Of a stretch of DNA of 64,000 nucleotides, positions 1 to 12,190 are shown in pieces. The first letter of the stretch is position 1. Every line of letters begins with the position of its first letter. The translations under genes were made by a program, and so were the position numbers. Location: NCBI GenBank assembly GCA_032718475.1, contig JAUCBJ010002546.1, positions 17,176 through 81,175 on the forward strand, written 5' to 3'. The notes under the pieces were generated by a model. The model ran no database searches, was not told the DNA's origin, and worked only from the letters and a program-made list of their open reading frames with translations. The stretch comes from Nemertoderma westbladi (lineage: Eukaryota; Animalia; Xenacoelomorpha).

Positions 1-1394
1 GTTAATAGTTCGACAGAAACATGCGACATTGATTCATGCGGTAGTTAATAGTTCGACAGAAACATGCGACATTGATTCATGTGGTAGTTAATAGTTCGAC
101 AGAAACATGCCACATTGATTCATGTGGTAGTTAATAGTTCGACAGAAACATGCGACATTGATTAATGCGGTAGTTAATAGTTCGACAGAAACATGCGAGA
201 TTGATTCATGCGGTAGTTAATAGTTCGACAGAAACATGCGACATTGATTCATGCGGTAGTTAATAGTTCGACAGAAACATGCGACATTGATTCATGTGGT
301 AGTTAATAGTTCGACAGAAACATGCCACATTGATTCATGTGGTAGTTAATAGTTCGACAGAAACATGCGACATTGATTAATGCGGTAGTTAATAGTTCGA
401 CAGAAACATGCGAGATTGATTCATGCGGTAGTTAATAGTTCGACAGAAACATGCGACATTGATTCATGTGGTAGTTAATAGTTCGACAGAAACATGCGAC
501 ATTGATTCATGCAGTAGTTAATAGTTCGACAGAAACATGCAACATTGATTCATGCGGTAGTTAATAGTTTGACAGAAACATGCGACATTGATTCATGCGG
601 TAGTTAATAGTTCGACAGAAACATGCGAGATTGATTCATGCGGTAGTTAATAGTTCGACAGAAACATGCGACATTGATTCATGTGGTAGTTAATAGTTCG
701 ACAGAAACATGCGACATTGATTCATGCGGTAGTTAATAGTTCGACAGAAACATGCGACATTGATTCATGTGGTAGTTAATAGTTCGACAGAAACATGTGA
801 CATTGATTCATGCGGTAGTTAATAGTTCGACAGAAACATGCGACATTGATTCATGCAGTAGTTAATAGTTCGACAGAAACATGCGACATTGATTCATGTG
901 GTAGTTAATAGTTAGACAGAAACATGCGACATTGATTCATGCGGTAGTTAATAGTTCGACAGAAACATGCGACATTGATTCATGTGGTAGTTAATAGTTC
1001 GACAGAAACATGTGACATTGATTCATGCGGTAGTTAATAGTTCGACAGAAACATGCGACATTGATTCATGCGGTAGTTAATAGTTCGACAGAAACATGCG
1101 ACATTGATTCATGCGGTAGTTAATAGTTCGACAGAAACATGCGACATTGATTCATGCGGTAGTTAATAGTTCGACAGAAACATGCGACATTGATTCATGC
1201 GGTAGTTAATAGTTCGACAGAAACATGCGACATTGATTCATGCGGTAGTTAATAGTTCGACAGAAACATGCGACATTGATTCATGCGGTAGTTAATAGTT
1301 CGACAGAAACATGCGACATTGATTCATGCGGTAGTTAATAGTTCGACAGAAACATGCGACATTGATTCATGCGGTAGTTAATAGTTCGACAGAA
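1..1394. repeat. 43-bp tandem repeat (GTTAATAGTTCGACAGAAACATGCGACATTGATTCATGCGGTA), ~32 copies, runs off the window start
   Basis: The unit restarts at position 44 and recurs every 43 nt, with only scattered substitutions, until 1394. Confidence 0.97.
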
Positions 1395-1581
1395 GTATTG
1401 TAACAGTGTGCGACATTATTGCGGCGGTGTACTGAAGTATTGCAGTAGTGCGTGACATTATTGCGGCGGTGTACTGAATTATTGCGGTAGTGCGTGACAT
1501 TATTGCGGCGGTGTACTGAATTATTGCGGTAGTGCGTGACATTATTGCGGCGGTGTACTGAAGTATTATGTTAGTGCGTGA
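1395..1581. repeat. 42-bp tandem repeat (GTAGTGCGTGACATTATTGCGGCGGTGTACTGAATTATTGCG), ~4 copies, made of two related 21-bp halves
   Basis: Direct repeats are visible. The minus-strand ORF 1378-1656 shows the matching 14-aa period (IIQYTAAIMSRTTA). Confidence 0.9.
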
Positions 1582-1658
1582 GCGTGACAGTGTTTTGAGG
1601 TGAACATAATTACGTAGCTGCGACCCGATTGTTCTCCCCAACCCTGTACAACGCAAGG

Positions 1659-1881
1659 GGGTGAGTACTAAAAGCCCAAAGACCCAATTATAAAGACCTA
1701 CAAAATCTTGTAACGTGTGTTAACTTTCGTTTATTGTTTGATTCCCCCAACACGCCTCTGTAACCTGATCCTTTACTAACCTGCTCCTTTAAATGGCAAT
1801 CAATGGGACCTAACGCGACTTTACCTCTTTGCTTTGTATAGAACGGGCAGTAAAGTCTGGGTCTTTGTTTTGTACTCACCC
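1659..1881. mobile_element. Candidate MITE with imperfect ~25-bp terminal inverted repeats
   Basis: Left end GGGTGAGTACTAAAAGCCCAAAGACCCA versus reverse complement of the right end GGGTGAGTACAAAACAAAGACCCA. No clear TSD. Confidence 0.55.
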
Positions 1882-2224
1882 GACTTGGCCCAGCCCCAGC
1901 AGATTTAGCCTTTAATCTTTTTCCCTATACTGGTAGTGCTAACTGGTCTTGGCCTGGGGATGACTGTAAATGAAATAAATGTATATACATAATAATGTAA
2001 TAAATATAAATATATAATAGTAATATGGCAGAAACCAAGGCATTTACAGTAGAGTATGCATTTGCAATATTGCTATTAAAAATAAAAACCAACACCAGTA
2101 GTGTCCTGAATATAATTATAATTACAAGACGTTTCTATAATACATTACAGTATCACATAACCATCATCAGTGCGATCAACTCACTGTACCAGGCGGCCAA
2201 CCAACAGTACCGGTATTACAGTTT

Positions 2225-2955
2225 GTAGGTCCTATGGGTTGTAGGTCCTATGGGCTGTAGGTCATATGGGTTGTAGGTCATATGGGTTGTAGGTCATATG
2301 GGTTGTAGGTCATATGGGTTGTAAGGTCATATGGGTTGTAGGTCATATGGGTTGTAGGTCATATGGGTTGTAGGCCCTATGGGTTGTAGGTACTGTGGGT
2401 TGTAGGTCCTATGGGTTGTAGGTCATATGGGTTGTAGATCATATGGGTTGTAGGTCATATGGGTTGTAGGTCATATGGGTTGTAGGTCATATGGGTTCTA
2501 GGTCATATGGCTTGTAGGTCATATGGGTTGTAGTTGTAGGTCATATGGGTTGTAGGTCATATGGGTTGTAGGTCTTATGGGCTGTAGGTCATATGGGTTG
2601 TAGGTCCTATGGGTTGTAGGTACTGTGGGTTGTAGGTCCTATGGGTTGTAGGTCATATGGGTTGTAGGTCATATGGGTTGTAGGTCATATGGGTTGTAAG
2701 GTCATATGGGTTGTAGGTCATATGGGTTGTACAGTACAGTAGGTACTGTGGGTTGTAGGTCCTATGGGTTGTAGGTCATATGGGTTGTACAGTACAGTAG
2801 GTACTGTGGGTTGTAGGTCCTATGGGTTGTAGGTCATATGGGTTGTAGGTCATATGGGTTGTAGGTCATATGGGTTATAGGTCCTATGGGTTGTAGTGTA
2901 GGTCCTATGGGTTTTAGCTTTTAGGTCCTACTGTATGGGTTGTAGGTACTGTGGG
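2225..2955. repeat. 16-bp minisatellite (GTAGGTCATATGGGTT), roughly 45 copies
   Basis: Directly visible tandem unit with cat/cct/act variants and occasional ACAGT inserts. Confidence 0.95.
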
Positions 2956-3799
2956 TGTATCCCAATCCCTAAACCCCGTCTGTCAGTAACGAAGCCGCAG
3001 TGTCCGCTACATGTAGGCAACCACAATATTCGGCATTGCTATTTAGAGATAACGAAGACGCGAGTAATACCGTCATTTTAAATGACTAATATTTCGGTAC
3101 AAAGAACTACTGTCCACCGATTCTTCGCCTAGCTTAGCGAACAGCACATTAGGCTACCGTAACCCTAGTGTAAGTAAGGTAACCATTCCGATATCCGCAC
3201 AGATCATGTAACGCAATTCCCATTGAGTTCTATAGCCAGAATCTTTTTGCTAAAGAAACTTTTTTTTTTTGTAGAATAAATGGCCTGCAGGGGGGAGCAA
3301 ATACATGCAACATTCAAATGCCCATATCTCAGCTATTTCCCAAACAAATTCAAATGTTTTAACATATTTGGAATCCTTGCATGATCAGCTTTCTATTGGT
3401 ACCATCAAATCACAATAAGGTTTTAGAATGATTGCACTGTGACCTGTGAAATATCGCCAGAGACACCTTTTTCAAACACTTGTAGCTAAAGATTGAAAGC
3501 AAAAATAAAAATTCTGGCTCACCCACGGAGGAGGAGGGAGGTGAAACTGTCTCTATTTCAAATTTGATGCAATCTCATTAAGATTTGTAGAAAAATTTGG
3601 GGGGGGGGGGGTTTGGGACAGGTACATGAATAACGACACTATATTCCAGGACATATTGTATAATTGTAGATTAAATTATAATTTCAATGAAAAGTACTTT
3701 TTTTGTTTTTTAACACAAAATCTGTGAATTCCCAATTATACAATTACGAATACATTCACCTACCACAATTACCTACAATATAATTCTATTAAATCGCAT

Positions 3800-5090
3800 C
3801 AGGGATCCCATTGAGAGACTGCACCGTGGAAATCAGAATGGGTTCCGTAAAGGTCGTGGGACCATGGAGACCATTTTGAAGAGTTATCAAAAAAGAAAGA
3901 CAGTGATACAGGCGAGAACAACATTTTAGCGGATGAATTGTTTACCGCAGCACATAGTGTGTCAACGAAATTAAATCTATTCAGAGTATTAGTTTCTTGG
4001 TGTTCTAAGTTGGAAACGGATGCTTATTTTACGAGCTTAACCTATCCCACGGACATTGACTGACACATCAGTTAAGATGCTAGAGATACGTAACTTTGCA
4101 CGAAGTCAATCTTCACCTTACAATTGGGATGATGATGATTTTACGCGACTACAGTATAGGATATACTTCGCTTCACATTAGACAGTGACCCTATACAGAT
4201 TATAGTCGGTCAAAATGCCCCGGAAGCTTTAGAAGTTTTGGAGAAACACCCTCCCCTCATAGACTACTTCCTATGACTGCGTTTGTGGGATGGTTTTGTA
4301 CCGTACACTCAGAAAAGACAATCCATGAAAGAAGCGTCAACATAAATTACATCTCAGAAACTGAACAATTAACAGACGCTTCATTTTCCGACAATGACCA
4401 AGATTATCAAATCACAGTTGACCATGACACAATATTAACCATCAGTGAGTGACATGGATGATGCACTCGATCTAGTGACAGACCATGGCATATGCCTGAA
4501 TCAAGTACAATACACATGGCCCTGCATTAAGAAACTGACTGTCAAGATTATGACAACACTCGTTTAATTGACAGCCAGATAAGAAGGAATGATCCTTTTT
4601 ATCACTTGGATGCACCAACAGGTGTTTGGAACAAATGCTAATGATAAGGGTATGTCAAGATACATGAGACCACGACTCGTTTCATTCCTGATGAAGTAAA
4701 ATATGAGGTACTCTTTTGTGGCGATTAAAGGATCCGCACCTTTTTAATAACCAACCTTTGGCAGAGAAACGGTGCGATCAGCTGAAACAACACCCACTTA
4801 GGAACGAAGCGGCTTACGACCTGTACAAAGTAGGAATAGATAAGTACATAGATAGAGATTACACAGAAAGAGTACTTTAGTAAGTGCACATAAACCAGGC
4901 CACGTACGTGCCGTCTTTGATGGTTCTGCGTTTATAAAGGCCAATCGTGAATTCGGAACTCATGGCTGGACCGAATTTATTTGCTAATTGCCCGGCCTAT
5001 TATTAAGGATGAGGCAATTTGCAATAGCTGTAGCCTCCGATATAGAGGGTATGTTTCTACAAGTGAAACTGTCACTCAAAGATAGCAAAA
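3800..5090 (+). pseudogene. Degraded BEL/Pao LTR retrotransposon pol fragment (protease-adjacent region and RT N-terminus)
   Basis: Hand translation gives IQIIVGQNAPEALEVLE (~4195), LLWRLKDPHLFNNQPLAEKR (~4715), HKPGHVRAVFDGSA (4889), LMAGPNL and LLRMRQFAIAVASDIEGMFLQV (~5000-5065). These match the BEL/Pao KxRxVFDxSA, GPxL and DIxxMFxQV motifs. Many stops and frameshifts; the left boundary is approximate. Confidence 0.85.
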
Positions 5091-6231
5091 TTCTATCACA
5101 AAATCCGTATTTAAGAAATTTATCAGAACGCCAATAAATCAAAGAAGGATGGAAAGTTTCTCCCCTTCAACCCCCCTTTTAATCTGCACCACCCCAACCC
5201 AAAGGTGCACAGAGGATTGATGAAAGGCAGGTATTAACAGAAAATTGGTGTTTTAAAAGTAATATATTAGAATTAGATATATTTTAGCAACCCAATTTGT
5301 CAGAAATATTAAACTTACCTTATGCCGACAGCATTGATACTGAAATATAAATTTAGCAGGTCAACACCTAACGAAGTTATCTATCTAATTATTATACGAA
5401 TCTACGAATTCTAATCACGTAATCCCGATTAAATACTCAGCCAATCATTTTGCGAGATAACGCTAACTAAGTGAGAAGTTTCTATACAAAGTGCTAACTC
5501 AAAATAGTGCTAACACCACTCAGAAAATGAATCCTTAATGTCAAATTTATATATTTTTGAGGTCAAAAAGGTATGATCCCACTGTCGCCAATTCAGCAAC
5601 TTTTGGAAAAAAAAAGGCACAGATTCAATGTTTCCTCTAGCGACCAGATTGGGAACTCAAGGTTCACTAGTCCTTTGTGAAAACTACTGACCGTAATGAA
5701 CTTTATTGCCCATAGTGCTAACTTTCGCATTGTTAGCATTCTATAAATGTAGACACGACAGACACACCGATTGAGTTAGTAGTACCCGTACGCTAAGCTC
5801 GCTTACTTTCGTGGCTCGCCCCACAGTATCAAAAATGAACAAAAAACTAGAAAAATCAGCCTTCAAAAAAACTACAGTGGAGCTAAGTGCAACGTCCTGA
5901 ATAAATATTATATTCTAGAAGTACTTGGTTGTCAGACCGGTACCCTTTACCTTGTGCTCCAATTTAGGTTAGTGGCCATCGAAACTTGTTTTTAAAACAA
6001 GTTAACTTCAATAAAAATATATTAGCTACATTTGTTAATTTCTTCCAATAATTAGTTATTAATAAAAAGCAATAATTAATAAAAAAACAGATATATATTT
6101 TATATAAAATATTTGTTCTGAAACGTATGTCATTCTTAAAAGAACTTACCAAAACCTACTGTAGCAAGTATAATAAAAAAAATTGGTACGGATATTGCAC
6201 TACTGTATTAGGCAGACCTTCTAGTAACAAA

Positions 6232-7419
6232 GGCACTAACTATGTTATGGGTACCCACTTTTTGACCATTTATTTGACAATGTTAATGGCTATTATCTTG
6301 AGGTTTTTTGTTTTAGAACATTAATGTCATCTTCTGTTAGACTTAGCTATTGTTTTTTTTTATGGTAGCTAGTGATTTCTTTTAGGTAGCTACTGTTTTT
6401 AAAATTGCAAAACCAAATTTTTGGTACCTAATTTTTAATCAATTTTTTTACCATGTTATTGGATATTATCATGATGTTTTTCGTTCTAGAACATAAATTT
6501 CACCTTCTGAGAGAGGTTACCTTTTTTTTTATTAAGGTAGCTAGTGTTTTCAAAGGTAGCTAGTGATCTTAAAATTACAAAATAATATTTTGGACCATGT
6601 TAATGGATATTATCAAGATGGTTTTTTGTTCTAGAACATAAATTTTTCACCTTCTGAGAGAGGTTAGCTAGTATTTTGTATTATGGTAGCTACCGGTAGT
6701 GTTTTTAAAGGTAGCTAGTGATCTTAAAATTACAAAATAAATTTTGTAGTGCCCCTTTTATTTAGACAATTTCCATATCATCAATATATTCTCGCAATTA
6801 ATGAAAAGATAAATAAATCTAGTAATAAGTAAAATAAGTAAAAACTCTATTTTGACATCTGCCTATATTTTATATAAAATATAAAAAACTAGCTAGTGAA
6901 TAATTACTAGCTACTTTGACTATCAAATAAAAATTACTAGCTACACCATGACTCATAAATTATTCCATGCAAATATATAATTGAGAATTAAATTACCGGT
7001 ATATCTTACATTTACTAGCTAATAAATAGTACTATCTAACACAAAATTAAAAGTACTAGCTACCATCTTACTGTCAGAAGGTCAAATACTTGCTCTAGAT
7101 AAAAAACCTCATAATAAAATACATTTTTACAAGAAAAAAGTTGGTCAAATTTTTTTTAAATTTTTCAATTATAATTTTTTTCACTAGCTAATAAAAAGTA
7201 CTATCTAACACAAAATCAAAATTACTAGCTACCATCGTACTGGCAGAAAGTTAAATATTTGTTCTAGAACAAAAAACCTCATGATAAAAGCCATTTTCAT
7301 ATGAAAAAATTTGTTTATAAAGTGGGTACCCATAACATAGTAGTGCCCAAAGGCACTACTATGTTATGGGTACCCACTTTATATTATGTTATGGGTACCC
7401 ACTATTTATTAGTAGTGCC
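6232..7419. mobile_element. Non-autonomous foldback DNA transposon, Merlin-like (GG...CC termini, 8-bp TSD GTAACAAA)
   Basis: GTAACAAA occurs at 6224-6231 and 7420-7427. The TIR GGCACTA(A)CTATGTTATGGGTACCCACTTT at 6232 has an inverted copy at 7318-7347. Subterminal repeats (AGGTTTTTTGTTxTAGAAC, TAGCTAGT) lie in opposite orientation in the two halves. The superfamily is inferred from the termini and TSD length. Confidence 0.75.
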
Positions 7420-7441
7420 GTAACAAATTTGTATGTTTTAG

Positions 7442-7922
7442 ATTATGTACTGTAGTAGATATGGATGCTAATTTGAAATGGTTTACAGAACCTATACATT
7501 ACAAGAATGCTGAAAAATGGCTTGCTCAAAGTGGGGATTATCGAGCAACATATATATTAGAAAAAGCAGGTGATACTGACAACAAATATCCAATGTGTTC
7601 TAAAAGTGAATTTGAAGAATGGATTGGGCAAAGGGGATATATCAGTTGTCATTCGAATAGATCAGCTCCTAGTAACTCAGATAGAGAACCAACAAATTGT
7701 AACAATGAACCTCCAGTTAAGATTGGGAATTACCCTGGAATGGTAGTGGATGTCGACACTGAAGAAAAACCCATAGATCCAGAACATCAACATTACATTG
7801 TAAAAATATTGAGTAACTGGCACGAGGCCGAAGCAAAAATCTATAACTACTTGGACCAACAGCTGGCTGATAAAAACAAGCGATGTGCGTCCCATGCACA
7901 GCACCCACACCATCACCCGTAA
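7442..7922 (+). CDS. Probable coding exon of an unidentified gene (ORF-track start 7461, 153 aa)
   Basis: Protein-like composition inside very AT-rich DNA. A candidate acceptor TTTGTATGTTTTAG ends at 7441 and the frame is open from it to TAA at 7920-7922. No domain recognised. Confidence 0.4.
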
Positions 7923-8029
7923 TATACATTTTAGGATAATTTTAAGTAACACACTCCCCAAGATCCAGCCAGGCAAACAGTCGTTTTTATGCAGATCTTA
8001 ATGCACAAATGTTATTATCTATAAGTTAA

Positions 8030-9291
8030 GGGGTAGCTTCACCCTTTTTAGGATAAAAAATGCAAAAACCTTTTTTTAGTCGATTTTGTGTGCAGAATTT
8101 AATGGCGAATCCGAATATGTAAGTTATGACTTCTCAACATGTTTAGTTTTGGAGATATGACAATTTCACTATGGAATGTTTCCATAAAAGTATGATTATC
8201 ATTATTTTCCCCAAAAAATGTGTTTCCCGACTTAACCAGACCGACTAGAATTTGCCGAACATCAAAACTGACACCGGAAATGAAATCAGCGACCCCGAAA
8301 AACCCCATAATGAAAAGGTTAGCTAGAATGTGTGTTTTTGTATGTTGACAAGCATTCGAACAGACAAAAAAACTGACAAGACAGACACCGACAAACAGCC
8401 AAACTGACAGATAGACAGACAAAATTAAACCAAAAATCAAAACTGACACCGGAAATGAAATTTGCGACATGGAAAACCCCCAAAGAGAAACTTTTAGATA
8501 TTTTGCGTGTTTTATTATATTTTAACGGACAAACCAACAGACAGACATATTCCAACAGACAACGAGACAGACAGAGTTGATTTGTCCAAATTTGACATCA
8601 CTTGACATCAAAACTTACATCAGAATTGAAATCTGCGACTACGAAAACCCCCATAGTGAAAATTTCAGCTGTCTGCTTCCTTAAAATCATTCATAAATGA
8701 CTATTTTAATTAATTCATATCGGCAGTCGCATAGAGACTGACCAATTTGCGCGGGAAGGTTCAAACTTTAAAAGCATTTCACTAGGAATATTTTTTCTCG
8801 TTTTTTGCTTCACGCAAAATCTATCTACTTCGTCATTTTTTATTCAATTCGTTTGAAACTAGTAGAGAGATTTTGAAATTTTCAGTGTAGGTTATGTTTT
8901 GGGCCGATAATGTGAAAAAATATCGGCCCGAAATAAAGTACATTTTATTTTTTAGTTTATATTACACGTCTGATCAAAATTTGAAAATTCTGTCTATAAC
9001 TTTTATTGGTCAATATGTCAACACCATTCACTGTAAATTTCAAAGGAATTGATTGAAAAATGACGGAGTAGATAGGTTTAGAAAAATGAAAATGCTACCC
9101 TTTTTTTCAGATAAATCTGAATAAAATTGGAGGGAAATTCAAATTTATATTTTTGCCATAAAAAATATCATAAGAACTTACTAATACATACACAGATAAT
9201 GCATTATTTCAATGCCTATATTCTATATACAAACAAAACTCTTGCAATCCTCCAAAAACTGGAGGTGTCTCCAAAAAGGTAAAGCCCCCCC
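8030..9291. mobile_element. Old non-autonomous DNA transposon, Kolobok-like (degenerate TIRs, TTAA/GTAA flanks)
   Basis: Left TTAA|GGGGTAGCTTCACCCTTTTT versus reverse complement of the right TTAC|GGGGGGGCTTTACCTTTTT. Three internal copies of AAAACTGACACCGGAAATGAAAT...GAAAACCCC (~8265, ~8440, ~8610). Confidence 0.4.
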
Positions 9292-10427
9292 GTAAATTTA
9301 AAAATAAAACATGTATTACATGATGTTAAATAACGTGGAACATATTTTCATTATGCTCTCGATTCTTTATTAAATAAAATATCTCGAGTAGGGGCCTATA
9401 GTGAAAATAATGTTATATTTACCATGCAATAAATAACTAATTCTTTTACAAAAAGAAAGTATTATTTTTTATCCAACTTTTTTATCCGCATTTTCGAGGA
9501 ATAATAGAACATTTTTAAAAGAGTTCTACATTTTTTCCCATGTAGTAAATAATTATTTTGTCCGCATATGCGGACAAAAAATTATTTTATGTCCGCATTT
9601 TCGCGGATAAAAAAGTGAATTTTTAAAAGAATAATTATTATTTTGTTAGTTTCTCTTTATAGAAGGAAATTAGGCGTACATAAAATCCCGCCTTTTGCTG
9701 TTATATACATTAATGTTAATGTTAAAAATAAAACCAAAACATTAGTAAAATAGAGGAGTTAAAATAAAGCAAAGTCCCATTCCCATGTAATGAATAGTAG
9801 CCTTTATTATCACCGTATTACAATTAATATTCTTACCAATGTCTGTCTCCCTTTTGAAAGTTATTTTGAAATACCGGTATTTCTCTTATTTACGAATTAT
9901 ACTGTTAACCACATAACCAGCTGTTCAGTGTTCATTCTGATACCACACATTCACATTTATTTTCAATTAGATTTACCTGAAATCATTCACGAGTTTAGTA
10001 TCGGTAGTCACAAGGCTAATTATGTCTAATTGATTTACCAACATATTTTCCAACTGTCTATCACATTCCCACATTATTTCCCAGCATATCACTACGCCAT
10101 GCGTGTAGGCCCTACGTTTCGGTATTTCTAAATAATGCCTAAATATAGAAATGACGTCTTTTGAAATTGTAATTTTAGGAAAAAATTAATATCTGAAAAA
10201 ATGGATTTGGGGCCGACCTTAAGGTACTTGAAAGCAACTTCGTTTAATGCAACTTCGGAAAAGATTAATATTTATTTTATGGGGTCCAAAAAATTTTGCA
10301 ATTGGTGTGGGAGGGGTTAGGGGTAGGGGCAGGGGGATTTATAATTTCACTAAAAACACTACTAGTCCCTCAATCTTGGTTTAAATTTCTTGAAATCAAT
10401 TTTTTTGATTCAGTATGATCTACTCTA

Positions 10428-10689
10428 CGCCAGCCGGTTTAGGCCCTGCCCGTCTATCTGCCATCCCTGGTACTGAGGGCACTGCCAACTACCAGATAGA
10501 AGTATAGGTCTGTCTGTGTAGTACCGGTACAGCACAGCGTGTTGCGTACCGATGACCGATCTGTTGTTGTTACTTCTTCTGACTGTTATTGCTTTATATA
10601 TATATCTATACTCATTCGTGTATTGATCAATATAGTTAACCCGCTTCACTCACCACATTGTTCCTTACGCTATTGCTTCACTTCTGGCG
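10428..10689 (+). repeat. 5' LTR (CGCCAG...CTGGCG)
   Basis: Direct repeat of 16318-16579, with 2 mismatches seen by eye (TGAGGG/TGACGG, ACAGCG/ACAACG). Contains a TATA-like TTTATATATAT run. Confidence 0.95.
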
Positions 10690-10704
10690 TGGTGTCACCG
10701 TGTG
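10690..10704 (+). promoter_or_regulatory. Primer binding site TGGTGTCACCGTGTG
   Basis: Begins with TGG (complement of the tRNA CCA end) immediately after the 5' LTR. The first 8 nt match the tRNA-Leu-type PBS TGGTGTCA, then diverge. Confidence 0.75.
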
Positions 10705-10794
10705 CTTCGTTTCCCACTCCTCGCCATCTACTACAACAACAGATCCATCCACTCAGCCCTCCTTCAGTCCTTACGTTACCTACTTACCGTTATC

Positions 10795-12190
10795 ATGGCA
10801 TTTAACGGCTCACTGAAGCCTCCCAAACTGGCTCCACTCAATAAATCTGAGACGATCAACTCCTTTGAGGTTTGGCGCCACAACATAACTTATTCGCTTG
10901 CGCTCCAACCTCAATTTGCGCAGTTCACGGTCCCGGGCACAACCTGGTTGCGCCAAACCCGCGCTATACCCTTCCGCGGTTTTGCCGACGACCCGGAAAC
11001 TGTGGCCCCAGCCAACCGCCGTACTGCCCTTCAAAAGACCACGGCTCTAGATCTTATGCTCGGTCAGATCGCCAATTACGCCCCCGTTATCGCACGTAAC
11101 TCGATCATTCGAGACTCCACGTCCTTGCCCTCTATATGGCAGGACATACGCCTCCATTACGGCTTCCAAGCGACCGGAGCTCATTTCCTCTCCTTCTCCG
11201 ATATCTCTCTCCTTCATGAGGAGCGCCCCGAAGACCTCTTCCAGCGTTTATCGGCTTTTGTGGACGATAATTTACTCCAATGGGACGGTGGAATTTCCCA
11301 CCACAGGATTCTCCCCGATGATGACGAGGAGCTGTCCCCCTCTCTCGAGAACTTCGTTGTACTCATATGGCTCCGCCTTATCCACCCGGACCTCCCTCGA
11401 TTGGTTCAACAACGGTATGGCACGGAGCTCCGGTCTCGTACGCTGGCCAGTATCAAACCCGAGATCTCCCAGGCTCTGTCTTCTCTTCTCGACGAGCTCC
11501 ACACTGCCGCGGAAGTGCGTACCTTCCGTGCCCAGACTCGTCGGACCCCACCTACATCCTCAGGTCTCGGTCCGAGTTCCACTGGCCGCGGACTTTCCCG
11601 TTCCGTTCGCCAGTGTCCCCTATGCTCCCAGACTAAACGCACTCCCACCAACCACTTTCTCAGTGCATGCCCATTCCTTCCCCCTGCTGACAAGCGCTTT
11701 ATCTCACGTGCCCATCTTGTCTACGTCGATGGTGACAACGACAATGACGCTTTCTATGAACAACCGGATAACGATAACGACTCCGTCGCCAGTCCACCTC
11801 CCTATCCGACGGTTAATATCGTCGCTGTACGCCCGAGTCCAACCTTTACAGCGCATTATAAAGGTAAACCCATCCAGGTTCTCCTCGATTGCTGCGCCGA
11901 ATCCGACCTCATGTCACACGACGCTGCACTCCGACTCGGCGTTCCGATCTCGCGTGGCTCCCGCCAGATCCCGATCGGGGCCGACGGTTCCCCCGTTTCA
12001 GGTGTAGTTGGGGAGAGTTCCTTCTCCCTCACCCATAACGACCTCCAGTTTAGCTTCCGTGGACTCGTTGTCGACAGCCTCAACGTTCCACTACTCGCTG
12101 GCGTTCCATTTCTATCCACCAATGATATTGGTATCCGTCCGGCCCAGTCACTGATTACCTTCGCGGATGGCAGTTCCATCCAGTACCCCC
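10795..12190 (+). CDS. gag: Gag (with CxxC-x9-H-x4-C knuckle) and aspartic protease portion of the polyprotein
   Basis: ATG in good context (ATCATGG) at 10795, within ORF 10702-12333. Motifs CPLCSQTKRTPTNHFLSAC, protease VLLDCCAESDLM and LLAGVPFL. Probable frameshift near 12190. Confidence 0.85.

Noticed and set aside
1-1394. CRISPR array
   Set aside because: Units are head-to-tail with no unique spacers, there are no cas genes, and the context is eukaryotic.
2025-10029. Short AT-rich ORFs (2025, 5964, 6127, 8099, 8319, 9790)
   Set aside because: Low-complexity translations of repeat remnants with no coding signature.
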